Positions 41,245-55,500 of a DNA stretch of 64,000 bases are shown in pieces. Source of the DNA: Auanema rhodensis (lineage: Eukaryota; Animalia; Nematoda). The DNA is taken from positions 23,436,001 through 23,500,000 of the forward strand of contig OZ059900.1 of the NCBI GenBank assembly GCA_964057225.1. The letters are read 5' to 3'. The notes below the pieces were generated by a model. That model worked only from the letters and a program-made list of their open reading frames with translations. It did not search any database and was not told the origin of the DNA. Every line of letters starts with the position of its first letter. The stretch's first letter is position 1. Both the position numbers and the translations under genes were made by a program.

Positions 41245-42612
41245 GTGCCCTCAGAATATGCTAATTTCCTTAATTTTCTAACCCCTGTTTTTTTGTCGTG
41301 AAAGTGGAACTAGACGTTGTACGAACAATTTTGAGCTAGGTTTCATTGACATTGCATGAGTTTGAACACATGAAATCGTAAGTCAAAACCTTGTTTACAG
41401 CGAAATTTCCAAAAACTGGTTTTCCAGCTCAATAAAATATTTCTCATGGGAAATACTGTGTTTTTGTATTTTTCTAGTGTTCAGCATGTAAAATGCTTCA
41501 TTTTAGTATGTAAAACGCTGAAATTCGTTGCATTTGACGACTCATATGAACAAAAATCGATTTAATCAATATTAGCCATAAGGGGCGTGCCCTCAGAATA
41601 TGCTAATTTCCTTAATTTTCTAACCCCTGTTTTTTTGTCGTGAAAGTGGAACTAGACGTTGTACGAACAATTTTGAGCTAGGTTTCATTGACATTGCATG
41701 AGTTTGAACACATGAAATCGTAAGTCAAAACCTTGTTTACAGCGAAATTTCCAAAAACTGGTTTTCCAGCATAATAAAATATTTCTCATGGGAAATACTG
41801 TGTTTTTGTATTTTTCTAGTGTTCAGCATGTAAAATGCTTCATTTTAGTATGTAACACGCTGAAATTCGTTGCATTTGACGACTCATATGAACAAAAATC
41901 GATTTAATCAATATTAGCCATAAGGGGCGTGCCCTCAGAATATGCTAATTTCCTTAATTTTCTAACCCTTGTTTTTTTGTCGTGAAAGTGGAACTAGACG
42001 TTGTACGAACAATTTTGAGCTAGGTTTCATTGACATTGCATGAGTTTGAACACATGAAATCGTAAGTCAAAACCTTGTTTACAGCGAAATTTCCAAAAAC
42101 TGGTTTTCCAGCATAATAAAATATTTCTCATGGGAAATACTGTGTTTTTGTATTTTTCTAGTGTTCAGCATGTAAAATGCTTCATTTGAGTATGTAACAC
42201 GCTGAAATTCGTTGCATTTGACGACTCATATGAACAAAAATCGATTTAATCAATATTAGCCATAAGGGGCGTGCCCTCAGAATATGCTAATTTCCTTAAT
42301 TTTCTAACCCCTGTTTTTTTGTCGTGAAAGTGGAACTAGACGTTGTACGAACAATTTTGAGCTAGGTTTCATTGACATTGCATGAGTTTGAACACATGAA
42401 ATCGTAAGTCAAAACCTTGTTTACAGCGAAATTTCCAAAAACTGGTTTTCCAGCTCAATAAAATATTTCTCATGGGAAATACTGTGTTTTTGTATTTTTC
42501 TAGTGTTCAGCATGTAAAATGCTTCATTTTAGTATGTAACACGCTGAAATTCGTTGCATTTGACGACTCATATGAACAAAAATCGATTTAATCAATATTA
42601 GCCATAAGGGGC

Positions 42613-42805
42613 GTGCCCTCAGAATATGCTAAAACTGGTTTTCCAGCATAATAAAATATTTCTCATGGGAAATACTGTGTTTTTGTATTTTTCTAGTGTT
42701 CAGCATGTAAAATGCTTCATTTTAGTATGTAACACGCTGAAATTCGTTGCATTTGACGACTCATATGAACAAAAATCGATTTAATCAATATTAGCCATAA
42801 GGGGC
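42613..42805 (+). repeat. Truncated 193-bp monomer, copy 2
   Basis: Same GCTAAAACTGG junction, 1561 bp (193 + 4x342) after copy 1. Confidence 0.97.
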
Positions 42806-43830
42806 GTGCCCTCAGAATATGCTAATTTCCTTAATTTTCTAACCCCTGTTTTTTTGTCGTGAAAGTGGAACTAGACGTTGTACGAACAATTTTGAGCTAG
42901 GTTTCATTGACATTGCATGAGTTTGAACACATGAAATCGTAAGTCAAAACCTTGTTTACAGCGAAATTTCCAAAAACTGGTTTTCCAGCTCAATAAAATA
43001 TTTCTCATGGGAAATACTGTGTTTTTGTATTTTTCTAGTGTTCAGCATGTAAAATGCTTCATTTTAGTATGTAACACGCTGAAATTCGTTGCATTTGACG
43101 ACTCATATGAACAAAAATCGATTTAATCAATATTAGCCATAAGGGGCGTGCCCTCAGAATATGCTAATTTCCTTAATTTTCTAACCCCTGTTTTTTTGTC
43201 GTGAAAGTGGAACTAGACGTTGTACGAACAATTTTGAGCTAGGTTTCATTGACATTGCATGAGTTTGAACACATGCAATCGTAAGTCAAAACTTTGTTTA
43301 CAGCGAAATTTTCAAAAACTGGTTTTCCAGCATAATAAAATATTTCTCATGAGAAATACTGTGTTTTTGTATTTTTCTAGTGTTCAGCATGTAAAATGCT
43401 TCATTTTAGTATGTAACACGCTGAAATTCGTTGCATTTGACGACTCATATGAACAAAAATCGATTTAATCAATATTAGCCATAAGGGGCGTGCCTCAGAA
43501 TAAGCTAATTTCCTTAATTTTCTAACCCCTATTTTTTTGTCGTGAAAGTGGAACTAGACGTTGTACGAACAATTTTGAGCTAGGTTTCATTGACATTGCA
43601 TGAGTTTGAACACATGAAATCGTAAGTCAAAACCTTGTTTACAGCGAAATTTCCAAAAACTGGTTTTCCAGCATAATAAAATATTTCTCATGGGAAATAC
43701 TGTGTTTTTGTATTTTTCTAGTGTTCAGCATGTAAAATGCTTCATTTTAGTATGTAACACGCTGAAATTCGTTGCATTTGACGACTCATATGAACAAAAA
43801 TCGATTTAATCAATATTAGCCATAAGGGGC

Positions 43831-44023
43831 GTGCCCTCAGAATATGCTAAAACTGGTTTTCCAGCATAATAAAATATTTCTCATGGGAAATACTGTGTTT
43901 TTGTATTTTTCTAGTGTTCAGCATGTAAAATGCTTCATTTTAGTATGTAACACGCTGAAATTCGTTGCATTTGACGACTCATATGAACAAAAATCGATTT
44001 AATCAATATTAGCCATAAGGGGC
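43831..44023 (+). repeat. Truncated 193-bp monomer, copy 3
   Basis: Same junction, 1218 bp (193 + 3x342 - 1) after copy 2. Confidence 0.97.
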
Positions 44024-47000
44024 GTGCCCTCAGAATATGCTAATTTCCTTAATTTTCTAACCCCTGTTTTTTTGTCGTGAAAGTGGAACTAGACGTTGTA
44101 CGAACAATTTTGAGCTAGGTTTCATTGACATTGCATGAGTTTGAACACATGAAATCGTAAGTCAAAACCTTGTTTACAGCGAAATTTCCAAAAACTGGTT
44201 TTCCAGCTCAATAAAATATTTCTCATGGGAAATACTGTGTTTTTGTTTTTTTCTAGTGTTCAGCATGTAAAATGCTTCATTTTAGTATGTAAAACGCTGA
44301 AATTCGTTGCATTTGACGACTCATATGAACAAAAATCGATTTAATCAATATTAGCCATAAGGGGCGTGCCCTCAGAATATGCTAATTTCCTTAATTTTCT
44401 AACCCCTGTTTTTTTGTCGTGAAAGTGGAACTAGACGTTGTACGAACAATTTTGAGCTAGGTTTCATTGACATTGCATGAGTTTGAACACATGAAATCGT
44501 AAGTCAAAACCTTGTTTACAGCGAAATTTCCAAAAACTGGTTTTCCAGCATAATAAAATATTTCTCATGGGAAATACTGTGTTTTTGTATTTTTCTAGTG
44601 TTCAGCATGTAAAATGCTTCATTTTAGTATGTAACACGCTGAAATTCGTTGCATTTGACGACTCATATGAACAAAAATCGATTTAATCAATATTAGCCAT
44701 AAGGGGCGTGCCCTCAGAATATGCTAATTTCCTTAATTTTCTAACCCTTGTTTTTTTGTCGTGAAAGTGGAACTAGACGTTGTACGAACAATTTTGAGCT
44801 AGGTTTCATTGACATTGCATGAGTTTGAACACATGAAATCGTAAGTCAAAACCTTGTTTACAGCGAAATTTCCAAAAACTGGTTTTCCAGCATAATAAAA
44901 TATTTCTCATGGGAAATACTGTGTTTTTGTATTTTTCTAGTGTTCAGCATGTAAAATGCTTCATTTGAGTATGTAACACGCTGAAATTCGTTGCATTTGA
45001 CGACTCATATGAACAAAAATCGATTTAATCAATATTAGCCATAAGGGGCGTGCCCTCAGAATATGCTAATTTCCTTAATTTTCTAACCCCTGTTTTTTTG
45101 TCGTGAAAGTGGAACTAGACGTTGTACGAACAATTTTGAGCTAGGTTTCATTGACATTGCATGAGTTTGAACACATGAAATCGTAAGTCAAAACCTTGTT
45201 TACAGCGAAATTTCCAAAAACTGGTTTTCCAGCTCAATAAAATATTTCTCATGGGAAATACTGTGTTTTTGTATTTTTCTAGTGTTCAGCATGTAAAATG
45301 CTTCATTTTAGTATGTAACACGCTGAAATTCGTTGCATTTGACGACTCATATGAACAAAAATCGATTTAATCAATATTAGCCATAAGGGGCGTGCCCTCA
45401 GAATATGCTAATTTCCTTAATTTTCTAACCCCTGTTTTTTTGTCGTGAAAGTGGAACTAGACGTTGTACGAACAATTTTGAGCTAGGTTTCATTGACATT
45501 GCATGAGTTTGAACACATGAAATCGTAAGTCAAAACCTTGTTTACAGCGAAATTTCCAAAAACTGGTTTTCCAGCATAATAAAATATTTCTCATGGGAAA
45601 TACTGTGTTTTTGTATTTTTCTAGTGTTCAGCATGTAAAATGCTTCATTTTAGTATGTAACACGCTGAAATTCGTTGCATTTGACGACTCATATGAACAA
45701 AAATCGATTTAATCAATATTAGCCATAAGGGGCGTGCCCTCAGAATATGCTAATTTCCTTAATTTTCTAACCCTTGTTTTTTTGTCGTGAAAGTGGAACT
45801 AGACGTTGTACGAACAATTTTGAGCTAGGTTTCATTGACATTGCATGAGTTTGAACACATGAAATCGTAAGTCAAAACCTTGTTTACAGCGAAATTTCCA
45901 AAAACTGGTTTTCCAGCATAATAAAATATTTCTCATGGGAAATACTGTGTTTTTGTATTTTTCTAGTGTTCAGCATGTAAAATGCTTCATTTTAGTATGT
46001 AACACGCTGAAATTCGTTGCATTTGACGACTCATATGAACAAAAATCGATTTAATCAATATTAGCCATAAGGGGCGTGCCCTCAGAATATGCTAATTTCC
46101 TTAATTTTCTAACCCCTGTTTTTTTGTCGTGAAAGTGGAACTAGACGTTGTACGAACAATTTTGAGCTAGGTTTCATTGACATTGCATGAGTTTGAACAC
46201 ATGAAATCGTAAGTCAAAACCTTGTTTACAGCGAAATTTCCAAAAACTGGTTTTCCAGCATAATAAAATATTTCTCATGGGAAATACTGTGTTTTTGTAT
46301 TTTTCTAGTGTTCAGCATGTAAAATGTTTCATTTTAGTATGTAACACGCTGAAATTCGTTGCATTTGACGACTCATATGAACAAAAATCGATTTAATCAA
46401 TATTAGCCATAAGGGGCGTGCCCTCAGAATATGCTAATTTCCTTAATTTTCTAACCCTTGTTTTTTTGTCGTGAAAGTGGAACTAGACGTTGTACGAACA
46501 ATTTTGAGCTAGGTTTCATTGACATTGCATGAGTTTGAACACATGAAATCGTAAGTCAAAGCCTTGTTTACAGCGAAATTTCCAAAAACTGGTTTTCCAG
46601 CATAATAAAATATTTCTCATGGGAAATACTGTGTTTTTGTATTTTTCTAGTGTTCAGCATGTAAAATGCTTCATTTTAGTATGTAACACGCTGAAATTCG
46701 TTGCATTTGACGACTCATATGAACAAAAATCGATTTAATCAATATTAGCCATAAGGGGCGTGCCCTCAGAATATGCTAATTTCCTTAATTTTCTAACCCT
46801 TGTTTTTTTGTCGTGAAAGTGGAACTAGACGTTGTACGAACAATTTTGAGCTAGGTTTCATTGACATTGCATGAGTTTGAACACATGAAATCGTAAGTCA
46901 AAACCTTGTTTACAGCGAAATTTCCAAAAACTGGTTTTCCAGCATAATAAAATATTTCTCATGGGAAATACTGTGTTTTTGTATTTTTCTAGTGTTCAGC

Positions 47001-50000
47001 ATGTAAAATGCTTCATTTTAGTATGTAACACGCTGAAATTCGTTGCATTTGACGACTCATATGAACAAAAAATCGATTTAATCAATATTAGCCATAAGGG
47101 GCGTGCCCTCAGAATATGCTAATTTCCTTAATTTTCTAACCCCTGTTTTTTTGTCGTGAAAGTGGAACTAGACGTTGTACAAACAATTTTGAGCTAGGTT
47201 TCATTGACATTGCATGAGTTTGAACACATGAAATCGTAAGTCAAAACCTTGTTTACAGCGAAATTTCCAAAAACTGGTTTTCCAGCATAATAAAATATTT
47301 CTCATGAGAAATACTGTGTTTTTGTATTTTTCTAGTGTTCAGCATGTAAAATGCTTCATTTTAGTATGTAACACGCTGAAATTCGTTGCATTTGACGACT
47401 CATATGAACAAAAATCGATTTAATCAATATTAGCCATAAGGGGCGTGCCCTCAGAATATGCTAATTTCCTTAATTTTCTAACCCCTGTTTTTTTGTCGTG
47501 AAAGTGGAACTAGACGTTGTACGAACAATTTTGAGCTAGGTTTCATTGACATTGCATGAGTTTGAACACATGAAATCGTAAGTCAAAACCTTGTTTACAG
47601 CGAAATTTCCAAAAACTGGTTTTCCAGCATAATAAAATATTTCTCATAGGAAATACTGTGTTTTTGTATTTTTCTAGTGTTCAGCATGTAAAATGCTTCA
47701 TTTTAGTATGTAACACGCTGAAATTCGTTGCATTTGACGACTCATATGAACAAAAATCGATTTAATCAATATTAGCCATAAGGGGCGTGCCCTCAGAATA
47801 TGCTAATTTCCTTAATTTTCTAACCCCTGTTTTTTTGTCGTGAAAGTGGAACTAGACGTTGTACGAACAATTTTGAGCCAAGTTTCATTGACATTGCATG
47901 AGTTTGAACACATGAAATCGTAAGTCAAAACCTTGTTTACAGCGAAATTTCCAAAAACTGGTTTTCCAGCATAATAAAATATTTCTCATGGGAAATACTG
48001 TGTTTTTGTATTTTTCTAGTGTTCAGCATGTAAAATGCTTCATTTTAGTATGTAACACGCTGAAATTCGTTGCATTTGACGACTCATATGAACAAAAATC
48101 GATTTAATCAATATTAGCCATAAAGGGCGTGCCCTCAGAATATGCTAATTTCCTTAATTTTCTAACCCCTGTTTTTTTGTCGTGAAAGTGGAACTAGACG
48201 TTGTACGAACAATTTTGAGCTAGGTTTCATTGACATTGCATGAGTTTGAACACATGAAATCGTAAGTCAAAACCTTGTTTACAGCGAAATTTCCAAAAAC
48301 TGGTTTTCCAGCATAATAAAATATTTCTCATGGGAAATACTCTGTTTTTGTATTTTTCTAGTGTTCAGCATGTAAAATGCTTCATTTTAGTATGTAACAC
48401 GCTGAAATTCGTTGCATTTGACGACTCATATGAACAAAAATCGATTTAATCAATATTAGCCATAAGGGGCGTGCCCTCAGAATATGCTAATTTCCTTAAT
48501 TTTCTAACCCCTGTTTTTTTGTCGTGAAAGTGGAACTAGACGTTGTACGAACAATTTTGAGCTAGGTTTCATTGACATTGCATGAGTTTGAACACATGAA
48601 ATCGTAAGTCAAAACCTTGTTTACAGCGAAATTTCCAAAAACTGGTTTTCCAGCATAATAAAATATTTCTCATGGGAAATACTGTGTTTTTGTATTCTTT
48701 TAGTGTTCAGCATGTAAAATGCTTCATGTTAGTATGTAACACGCTGAAATTCGTTGCATTTGACGACTCATATGAACAAAAATCGATTTAATCAATATTA
48801 GCCATAAGGGGCGTGCCCTCAGAATATGCTAATTTCCTTAATTTTCTAACCCCTGTTTTTTTGTCGTGAAAGTGGAACTAGACGTTGTACGAACAATTTT
48901 GAGCTAGGTTTCATTGACATTGCATGAGTTTGAACACATGAAATCGTAAGTCAAAACCTTGTTTACAGCGAAATTTCCAAAAACTGGTTTTCCAGCATAA
49001 TAAAATATTTCTCATGGGAAATACTGTGTTTTTGTATTTTTCTAGTGTTCAGCATGTAAAATGCTTCATTTTAGTATGTAACACGCTGAAATTCGTTGCA
49101 TTTGACGACTCATATGAACAAAAATCGATTTAATCAATATTAGCCATAAGGGGCGTGCCCTCAGAATATGCTAATTTCCTTAATTTTCTAACCCCTGTTT
49201 TTTTGTCGTGAAAGTGGAACTAGACGTTGTACGAACAATTTTGAGCTAGGTTTCATTGACATTGCATGAGTTTGAACACATGAAATCGTAAGTCAAAACC
49301 TTGTTTACAGCGAAATTTCCAAAAACTGGTTTTCCAGCATAATAAAATATTTCTCATGGGAAATACTGTGTTTTTGTATTTTTCTAGTGTTCAGCATGTA
49401 AAATGCTTCATTTTAGTATGTAACACGCTGAAATTCGTTGCATTTGACGACTCATATGAACAAAAATCGATTTAATCAATATTAGCCATAAGGGGCGTGC
49501 CCTCAGAATATGCTAATTTCCTTAATTTTCTAACCCTTGTTTTTTTGTCGTGAAAGTGGAACTAGACGTTGTACGAACAATTTTGAGCTAGGTTTCATTG
49601 ACATTGCATGAGTTTGAACACATGAAATCGTAAGTCAAAACCTTGTTTACAGCGAAATTTCCAAAAACTGGTTTTCCAGCATAATAAAATATTTCTCATG
49701 GGAAATACTGTGTTTTTGTATTTTTCTAGTGTTCAGCATGTAAAATGCTTCATTTTAGTATGTAACACGCTGAAATTCGTTGCATTTGACGACTCATATG
49801 AACAAAAAATCGATTTAATCAATATTAGCCATAAGGGGCGTGCCCTCAGAATATGCTAATTTCCTTAATTTTCTAACCCTTGTTTTTTTGTCGTGAAAGT
49901 GGAACTAGACGTTGTACGAACAATTTTGAGCTAGGTTTCATTGACATTGCATGAGTTTGAACACATGAAATCGTAAGTCAAAACCTTGTTTACAGCGAAA

Positions 50001-52576
50001 TTTCCAAAAACTGGTTTTCCAGCATAATAAAATATTTCTCATGGGAAATACTGTGTTTTTGTATTTTTCTAGTGTTCAGCATGTAAAATGCTTCATTTTA
50101 GTATGTAACACGCTGAAATTCGTTGCATTTGACGACTCATATGAACAAAAAATCGATTTAATCAATATTAGCCATAAGGGGCGTGCCCTCAGAATATGCT
50201 AATTTCCTTAATTTTCTAACCCCTGTTTTTTTGTCGTGAAAGTGGAACTAGACGTTGTACAAACAATTTTGAGCTAGGTTTCATTGACATTGCATGAGTT
50301 TGAACACATGAAATCGTAAGTCAAAACCTTGTTTACAGCGAAATTTCCAAAAACTGGTTTTCCAGCATAATAAAATATTTCTCATGAGAAATACTGTGTT
50401 TTTGTATTTTTCTAGTGTTCAGCATGTAAAATGCTTCATTTTAGTATGTAACACGCTGAAATTCGTTGCATTTGACGACTCATATGAACAAAAATCGATT
50501 TAATCAATATTAGCCATAAGGGGCGTGCCCTCAGAATATGCTAATTTCCTTAATTTTTTAACCCCTGTTTTTTTGTCGTGAAAGTGGAACTAGACGTTGT
50601 ACGAACAATTTTGAGCTAGGTTTCATTGACATTGCATGAGTTTGAACACATGAAATCGTAAGTCAAAACCTTGTTTACAGCGAAATTTCCAAAAACTGGT
50701 TTTCCAGCATAATAAAATATTTCTCATAGGAAATACTGTGTTTTTGTATTTTTCTAGTGTTCAGCATGTAAAATGCTTCATTTTAGTATGTAACACGCTG
50801 AAATTCGTTGCATTTGACGACTCATATGAACAAAAATCGATTTAATCAATATTAGCCATAAGGGGCGTGCCCTCAGAATATGCTAATTTCCTTAATTTTC
50901 TAACCCCTGTTTTTTTGTCGTGAAAGTGGAACTAGACGTTGTACGAACAATTTTGAGCCAAGTTTCATTGACATTGCATGAGTTTGAACACATGAAATCG
51001 TAAGTCAAAACCTTGTTTACAGCGAAATTTCCAAAAACTGGTTTTCCAGCATAATAAAATATTTCTCATGGGAAATACTGTGTTTTTGTATTCTTTTAGT
51101 GTTCAGCATGTAAAATGCTTCATTTTAGTATGTAACACGCTGAAATTCGTTGCATTTGACGACTCATATGAACAAAAATCGATTTAATCAATATTAGCCA
51201 TAAGGGGCGTGCCCTCAGAATATGCTAATTTCCTTAATTTTCTAACCCCTGTTTTTTTGTCGTGAAAGTGGAACTAGACGTTGTACAAACAATTTTGAGC
51301 TAGGTTTCATTGACATTGCATGAGTTTGAACACATGAAATCGTAAGTCAAAACCTTGTTTACAGCGAAATTTCCAAAAACTGGTTTTCCAGCATAATAAA
51401 ATATTTCTCATGAGAAATACTGTGTTTTTGTATTTTTCTAGTGTTCAGCATGTAAAATGCTTCATTTTAGTATGTAACACGCTGAAATTCGTTGCATTTG
51501 ACGACTCATATGAACAAAAATCGATTTAATCAATATTAGCCATAAGGGGCGTGCCCTCAGAATATGCTAATTTCCTTAATTTTTTAACCCCTGTTTTTTT
51601 GTCGTGAAAGTGGAACTAGACGTTGTACGAACAATTTTGAGCTAGGTTTCATTGACATTGCATGAGTTTGAACACATGAAATCGTAAGTCAAAACCTTGT
51701 TTACAGCGAAATTTCCAAAAACTGGTTTTCCAGCATAATAAAATATTTCTCATAGGAAATACTGTGTTTTTGTATTTTTCTAGTGTTCAGCATGTAAAAT
51801 GCTTCATTTTAGTATGTAACACGCTGAAATTCGTTGCATTTGACGACTCATATGAACAAAAATCGATTTAATCAATATTAGCCATAAGGGGCGTGCCCTC
51901 AGAATATGCTAATTTCCTTAATTTTCTAACCCCTGTTTTTTTGTCGTGAAAGTGGAACTAGACGTTGTACGAACAATTTTGAGCCAAGTTTCATTGACAT
52001 TGCATGAGTTTGAACACATGAAATCGTAAGTCAAAACCTTGTTTACAGCGAAATTTCCAAAAACTGGTTTTCCAGCATAATAAAATATTTCTCATGGGAA
52101 ATACTGTGTTTTTGTATTCTTTTAGTGTTCAGCATGTAAAATGCTTCATTTTAGTATGTAACACGCTGAAATTCGTTGCATTTGACGACTCATATGAACA
52201 AAAATCGATTTAATCAATATTAGCCATAAGGGGCGTGCCCTCAGAATATGCTAATTTCCTTAATTTTCTAACCCCTGTTTTTTTGTCGTGAAAGTGGAAC
52301 TAGACGTTGTACGAACAATTTTGAGCTAGGTTTCATTGACATTGCATGAGTTTGAACACATGAAATCGTAAGTCAAAACCTTGTTTACAGCGAAATTTCC
52401 AAAAACTGGTTTTCCAGCATAATAAAATATTTCTCATAGGAAATACTGTGTTTTTGTATTTTTCTAGTGTTCAGCATGTAAAATGCTTCATTTTAGTATG
52501 TAACACGCTGAAATTCGTTGCATTTGACGACTCATATGAACAAAAATCGATTTAATCAATATTAGCCATAAGGGGC

Positions 52577-55500
52577 GTGCCCTCAGAATATGCTAATTTC
52601 CTTAATTTTCTAACCCCTGTTTTTTTGTCGTGAAAGTGGAACTAGACGTTGTACAAATAATTTTGAGCTAGGTTTCATTGACATTGCATGAGTTTGAACA
52701 AATGAAATCGTAAGTCAAAACCTTGTTTACAGCGAAATTTCCAAAAACTGGTTTTCCAGCATAATAAAATATTTCTCATGGGAAATACTGTGTTTTTGTA
52801 TTTTTCTAGTGTTCAGCATGTAAAATGCTTCATTTTAGTATGTAACACGCTGAAATTCGTTGCATTTGACGACTCATATGAACAAAAATCGATTTAATCA
52901 ATATTAGCCATAAGGGGCGTGCCCTCAGAATATGCTAATTTCCTTAATTTTCTAACCCCTGTTTTTTTGTCTTGAAAGTGGAACTAGACGTTGTACGAAC
53001 AATTTTGAGCTAGGTTACATTGACATTGCATGAGTTTGAACACATGAAATCGTAAGTCAAAACCTTGTTTACAGCGAAATTTCCAAAAACTGGTTTTCCA
53101 GCATAATAAAATATTTCTCATGGGAAATACTGTGTTTTTGTATTTTTCTAGTGTTCAGCATGTAAAATGCTTCATTTTAGTATGTAACACGCTGAAATTC
53201 GTTGCATTTGACGACTCATATGAACAAAAATCGATTTAATCAATATTAGCCATAAGGGGCGTGCCCTCAGAATATGCTAATTTCCTTAATTTTCTAACCC
53301 TTGTTTTTTTGTCGTGAAAGTGGAACTAGACGTTGTACAAACAATTTTGAGCTAGGTTTCATTGACATTGCATGAGTTTGAACACATGAAATCGTAAGTC
53401 AAAACCTTGTTTACAGCGAAATTTCCAAAAACTGGTTTTCCAGCATAATAAAATATTTCTCATGGGAAATACTGTGTTTTTGTATTTTTCTAGTGTTCAG
53501 CATGTAAAATGCTTCATTTTAGTATGTAACACGCTGAAATTCGTTGCATTTGACGACTCATATGAACAAAAATCGATTTAATCAATATTAGCCATAAGGG
53601 GCGTGCCCTCAGAATATGCTAATTTCCTTAATTTTCTAACCCCTGTTTTTTTGTCGTGAAAGTGGAACTAGACGTTGTACGAACAATTTTGAGCTAGGTT
53701 TCATTGACATTGCATGAGTTTGAACACATGAAATCGTAAGTCAAAACCTTGTTTACAGCGAAATTTCCAAAAACTGGTTTTCCAGCATAATAAAATATTT
53801 CTCATGGGAAATACTGTGTTTTTGTATTTTTCTAGTGTTCAGCATGTAAAATGCTTCATTTTAGTATGTAACACGCTGAAATTCGTTGCATTTGACGACT
53901 CATATGAACAAAAATCGATTTAATCAATATTAGCCATAAGGGGCGTGCCCTCAGAATATGCTAATTTCCTTAATTTTCTAGCCCCTGTTTTTTTGTCGTG
54001 AAAGTGGAACTAGACGTTGTACGAACAATTTTGAGCTAGGTTTCATTGACATTGCATGAGTTTGAACACATGAAATCGTAAGTCAAAACCTTGTTTACAG
54101 CGAAATTTCCAAAAACTGGTTTTCCAGCATAATAAAATATTTCTCATGGGAAATACTGTGTTTTTGTATTCTTTTAGTGTTCAGCATGTAAAATGCTTCA
54201 TTTTAGTATGTAACACGCTGAAATTCGTTGCATTTGACGACTCATATGAACAAAAATCGATTTAATCAATATTAGCCATAAGGGGCGTGCCCTCAGAATA
54301 TGCTAATTTCCTTAATTTTCTAACCCCTGTTTTTTTGTCGTGAAAGTGGAACTAGACGTTGTACGAACAATTTTGAGCTAGGTTTCATTGACATTGCATG
54401 AGTTTGAACACATGAAATCGTAAGTCAAAACCTTGTTTACAGCGAAATTTCCAAAAACTGGTTTTCCAGCATAATAAAATATTTCTCATAGGAAATACTG
54501 TGTTTTTGTATTCTTCTAGTGTTCAGCATGTGAAATGCTTCATTTTAGTATGTAACACGCTGAAATTCGTTGCATTTGACGACTCATATGAACAAAAATC
54601 GATTTAATCAATATTAGCCATAAGGGGCGTGCCCTCAGAATATGCTAATTTCCTTAATTTTCTAACCCTTGTTTTTTTGTCGTGAAAGTGGAACTAGACG
54701 TTGTACGAACAATTTTGAGCTAGGTTTCATTGACATTGCATGAGTTTGAACACATGAAATCGTAAGTCAAAACCTTGTTTACAGCGAAATTTCCAAAAAC
54801 TGGTTTTCCAGCATAATAAAATATTTCTCATGGGAAATACTGTGTTTTTGTATTCTTCTAGTGTTCAGCATGTAAAATGCTTCATTTTAGTATGTAACAC
54901 GCTGAAATTCGTTGCATTTGACGACTCATATGAACAAAAATCGATTTAATCAATATTAGCCATAAGGGGCGTGCCCTCAGAATATGCTAATTTCCTTAAT
55001 TTTCTAACCCTTGTTTTTTTGTCGTGAAAGTGGAACTAGACGTTGTACGAACAATTTTGAGCTAGGTTTCATTGACATTGCATGAGTTTGAACACATGAA
55101 ATCGTAAGTCAAAACCTTGTTTACAGCGAAATTTCCAAAAACTGGTTTTCCAGCATAATAAAATATTTCTCATGGGAAATACTGTGTTTTTGTATTTTTC
55201 TAGTGTTCAGCATGTAAAATGCTTCATTTTAGTATGTAACACGCTGAAATTCGTTGCATTTGACGACTCATATGAACAAAAATCGATTTAATCAATATTA
55301 GCCATAAGGGGCGTGCCCTCAGAATATGCTAATTTCCTTAATTTTCTAACCCCTGTTTTTTTGTCGTGAAAGTGGAACTAGACGTTGTACAAATAATTTT
55401 GAGCTAGGTTTCATTGACATTGCATGAGTTTGAACAAATGAAATCGTAAGTCAAAACCTTGTTTACAGCGAAATTTCCAAAAACTGGTTTTCCAGCATAA

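Noticed and set aside
4900-43468. Sixteen near-identical 69-83 aa ORFs (MSLNTCNRKSKL...)
   Set aside because: In consensus units the frame stops after five codons (ATG AGT TTG AAC ACA TGA). The ORF exists only where the TGA>TGC variant occurs. The 83-aa forms come from the A6 slippage, and sister copies carry a TAA stop (about 37908, 39618) or a frameshift (about 38141). There is no recognisable domain or coding constraint.
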